Shown piece after piece: positions 54,200 through 64,000 of a stretch of 64,000 bases of DNA. The notes under the pieces are model-generated. The model saw nothing but the letters and a program-made list of their open reading frames with translations. It was not told the origin of the DNA and made no database searches. Within the stretch, counting starts at the first letter, position 1. Each line of letters opens with the position of its first letter. The stretch comes from Lama guanicoe (taxonomy: Eukaryota), in contig MU054338.1 in the NCBI GenBank assembly GCA_013239625.1, forward strand, positions 1,366,001 through 1,430,000, in the 5' to 3' direction. A program made the translations under genes and the position numbers.

Positions 54200-56010
54200 A
54201 AAAAAACTGTGGTAAAATACATATAACATAAGATTTACCATTTTAACCATTTTAAAGTGACAGTTCAGTGGCATTAAGCACATTCACTTTGTTATGCAAC
54301 CATCCTCACCATCATCTCCAGGACTTTCTCATCTTCCCAAACTGAAACTCGGTCATCATGAAACCAACTCACTCCCCATCCCCTCCCCCAGCACCTGGCC
54401 CCCATCATTCTATGTTCTACTCTCAGTCTCTATGGATTTTCCAATTTTGGGTTCTTTTTCTGTTCCAGGATCCCACCCAGGGTACCTCATGACACTTAGA
54501 TGTCATGTCCACCCTCTGAAGTGGCTCTTGGCTAACACAGTTTCTCAGAAATTCTTGCTTTGGATGACCTTGCCAGTTTCGAGGAATGCTAGTTGGAAGT
54601 TTTCTAAAAGATCCCTCAGTTGTGGCTTGTCTGGTGTACTTCTTATGATTGGACGGGGGGATGGGTTTGAGGAAGGAGGACTGCAGAGGTGAAGGCCATT
54701 TTCATCACATTGTATCAAGGGTCTGTGCTATCAACATGACATCACTGTGGGTGTCGGTCTTAATCACCTGGCTGAGGTGTGTTTGTCAGGTTTCTCCACT
54801 GTCAGTTTACTCTTCCCTACCCTCTTTCCAGCCCACACCCTTCTGAAGAAAGTCACAATGCACAGCCCATACTTAAGGGGTGGGGATTTATGTGCCTTCT
54901 CCCTGGTGACTAAGTATTTATGTAGATTTTCTGAGTTCTTCTGCCTGGGAGATCTGTCTAGTCGCCCATTTATTTATTTAATTATTTATTTTATCAGTTT
55001 GGAGTCATGGATATTTATGTTATGTTTTTTATTTATAATCCAATATTTGATTTATGACCCATACCTTGTAGCAAAAATCGTTCTGTTACTGAAGCTCAGG
55101 TTCGACTGCTTGTCCCTTGAAAGCCAATATGAAGAGAGGGGCGTGTTGGGACAAGGGAAGGTTTGCTTTATTCCAGGGGCTGGCAACTGTCCAAAGGCCA
55201 GCTCCCACTTTCGCCACCCCCATCACCTCCTGCCGCCAATCAGTGGGCAAGAGCTGTTAAAGAAGAGTTTCAGGGGCTCATACGCAGAGAGGGGGGTCTC
55301 CATGCAGAATGGCAGAGCAAGCTCTGACAGTCGTCTTCGTGTTAGTCAGGCAGTGGTTTGATCAGCATCATCCTGATTGTCTTAAGTGCAGCTAATCTCC
55401 AGTTCCAGGGTCGGCCTGTTCTCATTTCTCTGAGGCCACTTCTCGGAGCTGCGGCAACTATGTCATGGCCCAGTCCGGTCATCGTGTAGTTGGCTTCTTC
55501 CGTCTGGCAGGGGCTTCAGTATCTACCAAACAGCTCGAAGGACGTGGCTCAGAACATCATCTCCAGCCCTTGAGGAGGAGCTAGAGGTCTTTGATTTTGC
55601 TCAGTGAGTAAATTACTATTATTACTTTTTGCTTGACTATTTCCCTTTGTTTCTGCATTATATTTCTCTAATTAAACTTATTACTTGACTGAACTATTTC
55701 CACAGACAAGAGGTTGGCAGAGGACATGGGGTGGGGGGTCTGCCTTCCCCTGTGGGGAAGGCCCCAAAGGGTCTTGCTCCATTTCAGCTCTAGGTTTGGG
55801 CCCTGGGACCTCTTTCACTTGGTTTCTCTGTTTATACAGCACACTCCCATCACTGTGGCAGACTTTTTATACTTACTTTCTGTACCTCAAGACGCTCCCG
55901 GCTCACCTTACGTATTTCCTGCCCCAGTCTAGAATCAGCCGTTTCTCCACAAAGCCCTGGTTCCTTTTGTTGGAGAACAGTACTAGAAACCAAGATCTGG
56001 GTGCTGGGTG
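54200..56010 (-). mobile_element. L1M 3' relics, split by the solo LTR at 55084-55786
   Basis: tgtggtaaaatacatataacataagatttaccattttaaccatttt; the L1 sequence resumes after 55786. Confidence 0.72.
55084..55786. mobile_element. Solo ERV LTR (703 bp), family not identified
   Basis: TG...CA termini, 4-bp TSD-like gttc/gctc, tttatt poly(A) signal on the minus strand near the left end, interrupts an L1. Confidence 0.7.
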
Positions 56011-56978
56011 TCAGGAACTTTCAAGAGTGGGGCAGGGATACGTGATGTGAGTCTGTACAACTGGCTTCTGTTAATCACATTGAGGATATAGTGCCGGACA
56101 CCATAGTTCTCTCAAATCATAGGCTGTCAGCACTGGTTTCAGTCCCACTGTTGAGAATGCAACATCCGGCTCTTGCCTGGAGGGTGTGAACCCTGTTAAG
56201 TCACTTTGATCCAGAGAAGCAGCCTGGACTCCCAGCCCAGGTGCAGAGCTTCAGGTAAAGGATGTCTAGACAGAACATTCTGTTCGGTAGTTTCCAAGGA
56301 AACAGGACCCCGAGTCCTCATCTCAGCCCAAGCTTAACGCCAACATTTTTGCTCATGACTCTGCCCAGCTCTGAGCCTAACAAGTCTCACTTTATGTAAG
56401 AATTACCCAAACTCTACATTTCCCTTCAAATCCTATAACCATCTCCTTCTTTTTGCTTTTTATTTGTCTGATTGGTGAGACACCCTATACTTTCCCTCCT
56501 ATGTGGTGTCTCTTGCTGCAGCAAATTAGTAAGCCTAACTTTCTGAGACCTCATTGGTGTCCCCGGAGGTCGCTATCAGAGGGGCGTTGCCCGTGAAGGG
56601 GGCGGTGGGAGGGGTGAGGGCGATTTCTGAAACACAGAGAAAGAAATGGGGACTAGGCGCTGCTAATCCTAGGTCTTCAGACTCACGTTTTCTGTGTAAC
56701 GCTGGACAATCCATTCAGTTCCTCTGAGACACAGCTTTTTCATCAGCATAACGGGGTCAGTAGATGCGACCCAGCGAACTTCCGTGGATGTTGTAAGAAC
56801 CAAAGGGAAGAGGGAAACGAGACCTATTTCAACTGCCCTCTTCATGGGAAGAAAGAAAGGGGGGTCTCGGGAAGGGTGAGGCTGCAGTGTGGGTGGGAGC
56901 AGGATCAGCAAGCCAGAGATTTAGCCCCTTTTCCCCTTTCCGCTCTGTGACTTGGCTGCAGTGGACAGTTTCCAGAAT

Positions 56979-57161
56979 CAGGACTGTCAGATTTAGCTAA
57001 TAAGCCTACAGGATTCCTAGCTAGAGTTGAATTTCAGATAAACAATAATTTTCGTACAGTATGTCTCAAATATCGAACGGGACATGGTTATACTAAACAA
57101 AATTCGCTATTTACCTGAAATTCAAATTTAACTGGGCAGCCCTGTATTTAGCTGGCATTCC
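56979..57161. mobile_element. MER53-like palindromic hAT MITE
   Basis: Arms ttgaatttcagataaa and tttacctgaaattcaa are 15/16 complementary; overall match to the recalled MER53 consensus. Confidence 0.75.
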
Positions 57162-58199
57162 AACCTAAACATACACAGCAGCCTTTTTGGGAAAATGGCC
57201 CCAGGCACTTCCCGGAGTCTGGGGAGCCATGTCTGTTAGCACGTGGCCCTGTCATGTGACCATAGTTCCTTACCCGGGACTGGACATCTCTCCAAGCAAC
57301 CGGCCACGTGTCTGGAGGAGCAGCCTATCAGGCGGCCTGGGGCTCTAGCCAGGCGGGGCATTGGACGGTGACTTACTAGCCCAATGACAGCCTCCCTCTG
57401 TAGGAACATTGAAGATGGGATTCCCAGGTAGAAATAGAAGTGGCTTCAAATCTTGCTTCTGCCCCTTAGTGGCTGTTTGTGCTTTGGAGGGTCCTCAGCC
57501 TCAGATTTTTGTATGAACCTCATCCGGGCGTCACGCAAAGCACCAGAGGCAAAGCTTATACTAAGTGCTCAGTAAATCTGCTCACTGTAATTGTCATCAT
57601 TCATGTCAGTATAATTAGCACCTTTACCCTTCCTTCCTTCTTTCTTTTTCTTTTTCATGTTAGTGCTGCCCTTCCTTTCCTGTGAGACTAGAAGAACAGG
57701 GAAGACAATGACCTCAGTTTACAATTGGTGAAACCCAGGGCAGGGGGCACGTGGTTGAGTTGAGCTCCTGTTGGAACCTTGGCCAGGCTCCCTAGCCACC
57801 TCCTTTGTGGCCCAACTCACACCGCAGCCACGACAGGAGTTGCCAGCCCCTCCGTATCCTCCCAGTGGTCCTGGTGCCTGTGGTTACCAGCACCACAGGT
57901 GACGCACGATGAAGCGTTCTTTGCTGGGATCTCCTCCCCAGCCCCCAGGGGCCTGAGGCAGCCTAATTGTTGTCTCTAGAAGACTGGAGGTGCCTGATTA
58001 CTCACCCAGACACCAGCCAGGCACAACCCCAGGGACTCAGCCCCTCAAAGGCAGAAGCAGAGGTGTTTTCTGAGTCTGAGCCAGGTGACTGTGCTCTGCC
58101 CTTGATCTTCCGGGCAACCAGGGCAAGCTTCCTCCCTCTCTCAGATCCAGCTTCCTCACCTGCTGCAAGGGCACTGTACTTGTCATGTAAGTCCAGACA

Positions 58200-59990
58200 C
58201 TAACTGAACAGACACTGTTGACAAGACTAAGAACAGACAGCACCGGAACCCTCACCCACTGCTGCTCGGATTGTAAGTTCGTACAGTGCTTTGGGAACCT
58301 GTTTGGTATCAACCACTGAAACTAACTTACACTTGCCCCGTGACCCAGCAATTCCATCCCTAGATTCACAGCCAAGAGAAAGAGAGCACTTGCTCACCAA
58401 AAAACATGCACAAGACTGTACATCACTCAGATAAATTTCACATCGTCAGAATAAAAGCCTTTTGTGCTTCAAAAAAGGCCACTGAAGAAATGAAAGGACA
58501 ACCCACAGAACAGGAGAAAACATCTGCAGGTAGAGATCTGAAGAGGGACTTATATCTAGACGACACAGAGAACTCTTACAATTCCAGGATAAAAAAGCCT
58601 CAACTGGAAAAATAGACAAAGTATCCCAGTGTTCACAGCACACCGTATACAGCAGCCAAGACTAGGAGGTGGCCTAAACGTCCATCCACAGGTGACTGGG
58701 CAAAGAAGCTGTGCAATGTACACACAATGGACTACTACTCAGCCGTAAAAAGAATGAAATAATGCTGTTTACAGCAACACGGATGGACCTGGAGATCATG
58801 ATACTGAGTGAAGTAAGTGAGGCAGAGAAACACAAATATCATTCCACTTTTATGTGGAATCTAAAAAATGATACAAATGAATTTATTTACAAAACAGAAA
58901 CAGACTCACGTAGAAAACTAACTTACGGTTGCCAAAGGGGGAAGAGGGTGGAGGAGGGATAAATCAGGAGTTTGGGATTAACAGATACACACTACTATAT
59001 ATAAAATAGAAAAACAACAGGACCTACTGTATAGCACAGGGAACTAGATTCAACATCCCATAATAAACCATAATGGAAAAGAATATGACAAAGAATATAT
59101 ACGTGTGTATAACCAAATCACTTTGCTATACGTCAAAAACTAACACAACATTGTAAATCAACAACACTTCAATTTAAAAACTAGGCAACTTCAAGGCAGA
59201 TATACAGATAGTCCATGGGCTCATGAGTCAATGTCATTAGCCATTAGGGAAATGCAAACCAAAATCACAATGAGGTATCACTTCATACCCACTAGGACGG
59301 CTAGAATCGAAAAGACAGATATTACCAAGTGTTGGAAAGGATGTGCAGAAATTGGAACACTTACACATTGCTGATGGGAATGTAAAATGGTGCAGCTGCT
59401 TTGGAAAATAGTCTGGAAGATCCTCAAAAAGTTAAAAACAGAGTTACCATATGACTCAGCAATTCCACTGCTGCATCTATGCTTACGGGAAAAAAATATA
59501 CGTCCACATAAAAACCTGTACATGAATATTCACAGCGGAATTACTCCAAATTGCCACCAAGTGGAAACAACCCAAAAATCCATCAACAGATAAATGGATA
59601 AACAAAATGTAGTCCCTCCACACACGGGAGCATCACTCAGCCATGAACAGGAGAGCAGCCCTGACACCCACCACCATGTGGACAGACCTGGAAACACAGT
59701 GCTCGGTGAGAGAAGCAGACACAGAAGGACACACAGCGCGTGACTCCATGGACGTGAGACGTCCAGAACAGGCAGATCCACAGGGACAGAGCGCAGGTTC
59801 CTGGTTGTCAGGGGCTGGGGAGGGGATGAGGGAGACTACAATGGACACAGATTTTATTTTTGGTTTTCGGTGATGAAACTATTCTAGGATTCGATGGTAG
59901 TGATGGTTGCACAACTTTGTGAAGGTGCTAAAAACCAATGAGTTGTACATTTAAAAGGGTCAATTTTATGGTATATAAATAATATTTGTG
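58200..59990 (+). mobile_element. Old L1M relic with a younger L1 3' end nested at about 58615-59180; shared GC-rich core at 59651-59822
   Basis: L1 3'UTR ggatggacctggagatcatgatactgagtgaagtaag...acattgtaaatcaac; older L1 flanks. Confidence 0.82.
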
Positions 59991-60830
59991 AAATAAAGAA
60001 AAAAACCTATAAATGCATTGGTCTCTGATGCCCAGTTCCCGGCCAGAGCTCCTAAATTCGTTTTAATTTCCTGGGCAATAGAAGTGTCTTTTGTTCTAAT
60101 GAGACGGCTCTGGGTGGGCTCCTGGCTGGGACTGGCCACCAGAAAGACCAACCTGTGATTAGAAACTTGGAACTTTCAGCTTCACCGCCATCCTCCAGGG
60201 AAGGGAGAAGGGCTGGGGGTGGAGTTAATGACCAACCACGCCTAGGTGAGGAAGCCTCCAAGACAATCTTTGAACTGTGGGGCTCCAGTGATCCTTGGTT
60301 GGTGAACACGTGGAGGTGCTGGGAGAGAGCATGGAAGCTGTGCCCTTTCCCACATACTTGCTCTGTGCATCTCGTCCATCTCGACGTGTGTCACAAAATT
60401 CCTAGGTATTCCACAGTCGGCCCTTCATCGGTGTCCTTCATCACGTCCTTTTATAATAAACCAATGCACAGTAAGCAAACTGTTCCCCTGAGTTCTGTGA
60501 ACCGCTCTAACAAATGCATCGAGCCCAAGAAGGGGGTCGTAGGAACCCCCGATCTGCAGCCAGTCGGTCAGAAGCACAGGTGACAACCTGGATTCGTGAC
60601 TGGCATGGGGGGGCACTTGGGGAACCCAGCCCTCAACCTGTGAGGTCTGACGCCGTCTCGCTATCTCCAGGTGGACAGTGTCAGAATTGAGTGGAAATGC
60701 AGGGATCCCAGCCGACGTCACAGACAGCGGCTTGTTTCCGGGGGCGGGGGACACCTCACATACCTGCTGTCAGAAGCGCTGTGTGCAGTAGTGTGAGAAT
60801 AAAGGAGACACACACGGGAAGAGAAACGAT
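59990..60830 (+). mobile_element. MER21-like ERVL LTR
   Basis: cagagctcctaaa...aatttcctggg...ccagaaagaccaa...ccctgagttctgtga...gacagtgtcagaattga. Confidence 0.75.
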
Positions 60831-60976
60831 TTTGCGCAAACGTGTCTCAGCAGCTGTTGCAGGAAGGCGGCGGGAGGCGCGGGTGGGCGGGCTGCGCAGC
60901 AGGAACGGTGGACGGGGCTTCGCACTCCATTCCTCCGCACCCCTAGCGCGGGCGGGAGCGCACACCCGCGGAGCCG

Positions 60977-61898
60977 CCAGTGTGCTGAGCGCGGCTCGCA
61001 CTGGCTCGCAGGGCCAACCGCGGGGCGTGGAGGAATTCTATGACCCGGGTTTTCAACACAGCCAGCATCAAAAGTTAAATTATATGTGGGGGGAGGGTAT
61101 AGCTCGGTGGTAGAGCGCGTGCTTGGCGTGCAGGAGGTCCCGGCTGAATCCCCAGTACCTCCATTCAGTAAATACAGAAAGAAACCTAATTACCTACTCC
61201 CCCCCCAAAAAATCAGAGTAAAATAACTGAATTATATAAACATTCAACGAAAACTGGCTTTGAAAGAAAAGTAATCAATACTCAAAACCTCACGATCCCT
61301 TTTTTCTGCCGTTCTACTGTTCTCTTGCTGTTACTACCTTTCCTAGGCTTCTCAGGTTATTTACGCCCCTTGCATGAGTATGGTGGGAACAGTGCTTGTT
61401 AGAGACCAGCCGTGGCCTTCGTAGCTTGTAACCTCGTCCCCAGATACGGTGATATTCGAAGGTGGGCCTCTGGGAGATGATTAGGTCATAAAGGTGGATC
61501 CCCCGGGAACGGGCTGAGTGCCCTGTTGAAGACCCCAGGGAGCTCGCTCACCTCTTCCATCACGTGAGGGCACAGCGAGGAGATGGCCGTCTGTGAACTA
61601 GGAATCGGGTCCTCACCAGATGCCAAATCTGCTGCCACCTTGATCTTGGACTCCCCACCTCCAGAACTAGGAGAAATAAATGTCTGTTGTGGTATCCCGA
61701 GATCACGGCTCAAACGGGAAGAAGCCATGTGTCATGGCCCACTGCTGCATATCTCTTCCCAGCTCTGCACTCAGCGATGTCACAATGGTAGCTTGAAATC
61801 AGTGAGTATTTACACCACAGACATTAGCAAAAGTGGCAAATGAATGCATGCCCCCGCCACCTCTCCAGGAGCCAGTGGTTAAACACTTGCCAGCACAA
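60977..61898 (+). mobile_element. MER63-like hAT element interrupted by a SINE and an MLT1A-like LTR (about 61410-61710)
   Basis: Termini cagtgtgctgagcgcggctcgcactggctcg and gagccagtggttaaacacttgccagcaca; internal LTR motif ccaccttgatcttggactcc...gaaataaatgtctgttg. Confidence 0.6.
61088..61227 (+). mobile_element. tRNA-derived SINE (Vic-1-like)
   Basis: ggggagggtatagctcggtggtagagcgcgtgcttggcgtgcaggaggtcc...; aattatat repeated on both flanks. Confidence 0.85.
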
Positions 61899-62179
61899 CT
61901 TGCATGGAACTGACTTGGTTCAGCTCAAACTTTGGAACCAAGATCAACTGAGCCACCGTTAGACCTACTGAAGTCCAGCTGACCAGCAGACGAGAATGGA
62001 TGATTATGGTCTAAGCCACAGAAATTTGGTGTTGTCTGTTACATGGCATTATCACAACATTTGCTGACTGATACACCAGGTATTCACTATGTTGGACCAA
62101 GAGAGTGTTGGAGCAGTGAAGCCAAGTGCAGATGAGGGAATCTGTTACAGCAGGTGACAGGTTGGGTAGCTGGGAGCAC

Positions 62180-62625
62180 AGACAAACATGAGACCTCGGT
62201 TCAAATTCGGCAACTTAATAGCTGTGGGGTTTTGGTTAATTGACCTCACTTCTCTGAGCCTCTTACTGTCAAGAGCAAATGGAGATGACCCCCCACCCAT
62301 TGTCTTGAGGATCCAAATAGAACACATCTGGGGTAAACCATAGGCATTCAATGAATTCTCCCATAAGGTGATGCCTGATCTGGTCCATTTACCTGGCCAA
62401 GCTCATCTTCCTTCATTCCCTCCCTTGCTCACTCTGCCCCACGCACACTAGCCTCCTCTCCGTTCCTCCACCGTACAAGAACTGTAAGTTCACTGTAGCC
62501 CTTCACTTTGCCCTGACTTCTGCCTAGACCAGTTTCCCCAAAACTTCTCTTGACTACGACTTTTTCTTCCACCTCTGCTCATTGTCAAGGTCAGCACACA
62601 ATAGACTCACTGTGTATTGTTACTG
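62180..62625. mobile_element. MIR fragment followed by an L2 3' fragment
   Basis: ggttcaaat...acctcacttctctgagcctc; L2 tail ...tgttactgaatgaatgaat. Confidence 0.55.
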
Positions 62626-62772
62626 AATGAATGAATAAATGAGTGGTGGATGGATGGATGGGTGGGTGGATGAGAGGATAGACGGGTGGGTGGGTGGATA
62701 GGTGATGAATGGATGGATAAATGGATAGATGGATGGGTGGATGGATGGGTGGGTGGATGGATGGATGGGTCA
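62625..62772. repeat. Degenerate (TGGA/TGGG)n tetranucleotide repeat
   Basis: Seen directly. Confidence 0.92.
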
Positions 62773-63124
62773 TTTGTGGATGAGGGAGCTGATTCAGGGC
62801 TGGAACTGAGACTGGTCATAGATGTCCAAACAGCTGGCCAGGCGTCGGTGCCCAGAGCTCCATGCCCAGATTATTTCAGGGAAGAGCCATCACTTCCCTG
62901 AGCCTGACCAGCACTGCCCTCCGCTGGCTGTCCTGGAGTTTGCAGGCAGCCCGCCAGCTCCCAGTAATGTAAAAATAGGCTCTTGTTAAAATCATTCTTC
63001 AGTCTTCATCAACCTAACAAACATTCATTAAGCACCTATCCATACAGAAAACAAAAATCCTAGATCACAGAATTTGAGTTCAGGGTGGAGGAAGTGGTGG
63101 AGACTGGTTATAAACACAGTGACT

Positions 63125-63670
63125 AGGTAAAAAAAATATGTGTTAGAACTACTATATACAAAGTAGGTAAACAACAAGGTCCTACTGCACAGGGAACTAT
63201 GATCAATATCCTATAACAAACCACAATGGAAAAGTATATGGAAAAGAATATGTGTGTATATATACGTGTAACTGAATCACTTTGCTGTGCGCCTGAAACT
63301 AACACAACATTGTAAATCAACTGTACTTCAACTTTCAAAAAATGATGCTAGAAAATGGAAAAGTTTTCTGGGGAAAAGTTCAGCATGAGAGGTAGAAGAT
63401 ATCATGGGGCTTCATTTTTTAGAAATAACAGCTTTATTGAGGTCTAACTGACAGACCATAAAATGCACGTATTTAAATGACAGAATCCGATCGGTTTTGA
63501 CATGTGTATACCCTGTGAAGTGGTCAGCAGTCAAGGCAGTGAACGTCTTCGTTACCCTCAAAAGGTTCCTTGGGCGCCCCTGAGATCCTTCCTCCCCTCC
63601 CTCCCCACCTCCGGTATCCAAGCAACCACTGATCTGCTTTCTGTCACAGAGGTTAGCTTGCTTTTCCTAG
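63125..63670. mobile_element. L1 3' tail (plus, about 63125-63350) and L1M 3' fragment (minus, about 63410-63670)
   Basis: caacaaggtcctactgcacagggaactat...acattgtaaatcaactgtacttcaa; ataacagctttattgagg. Confidence 0.75.
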
Positions 63671-64000
63671 GGCGGAATTTCTCCATCTTGGTGCTGCTGA
63701 CACTGGGACTGAAAAGGCACATCCGACTTAAGAAACTGGATTCTGAGAAGGAGACAATCATTCCTGCAGCTCCTGAGTCCCAAATAAGATGCTTGGGACC
63801 GAGTTATACTCCGTGGGGGGCCGTCCTGGGCACTGCAGGGCGTGGGGCAGCCTCCCTGGCCCCACCCACGCGGTACCAGAAGTCCTCCAGGCGTGACAAG
63901 CACAGACGCCCCAGACTTGGCCCTTTGTCCCTCGGGGGCAGGGTCACCCCTAGTTAAGAAATCCTGGATTAATCCCAGCTCAGCCCCATGCATCAGGAAC

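Noticed and set aside
56570..56615. CTCF-like motifs (atcagaggggcgttg, gtgaagggggcggtg)
   Set aside because: Imperfect matches that cannot be supported without a PWM scan or ChIP data.
61088..61165. tRNA-like sequence (also at 47770-47846, 20490 and 8340-8411)
   Set aside because: Degenerate SINE heads with A-rich tails and TSD-like flanks; no intact cloverleaf.
46500..64000. Neighbouring gene such as AP3D1, which I recall lies upstream of DOT1L in human
   Set aside because: No exon, recognisable peptide or large CpG island seen; the region is mostly explained by repeats.

Overview
Mammalian genomic DNA, not prokaryotic. Four tRNA-derived SINEs resemble the camelid Vic-1 type, so the source is probably alpaca or camel (inference). 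Bases 1 to about 44,900 hold nearly all of DOT1L (KMT4, the histone H3K79 methyltransferase) on the minus strand. I traced coding exons 2-27 base by base, and they splice into one continuous frame. Exon numbers follow my recollection of the human 28-exon model. Coding exon 1 falls in a 126-N assembly gap (44603-44728) inside the promoter CpG island, and the last exon lies beyond base 1. Bases 45,300-64,000 are upstream intergenic sequence made mostly of L1, L2, MIR, MaLR/ERV LTRs and hAT elements; I found no other gene. Almost all of the ORF track is noise from GC-rich sequence. I do not see a convincing new multi-gene system. The best leads are: (1) a 215-bp tandem duplication carrying a second identical copy of catalytic exon 6, either real or an assembly artefact; (2) a perfect 23-bp-stem hairpin in intron 25; (3) old L1 3' relics sharing a GC-rich core of about 170 bp, suggestive of ectopic gene conversion; (4) candidate cryptic or poison micro-exons in introns 7 and 22; (5) two GC-AG introns; (6) a strong-Kozak uORF overlapping a YY1 motif, a 53-bp minisatellite, and a ~760-bp alternating purine/pyrimidine tract around the promoter. 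Repeat family names come from recalled consensus sequences and their boundaries are approximate.
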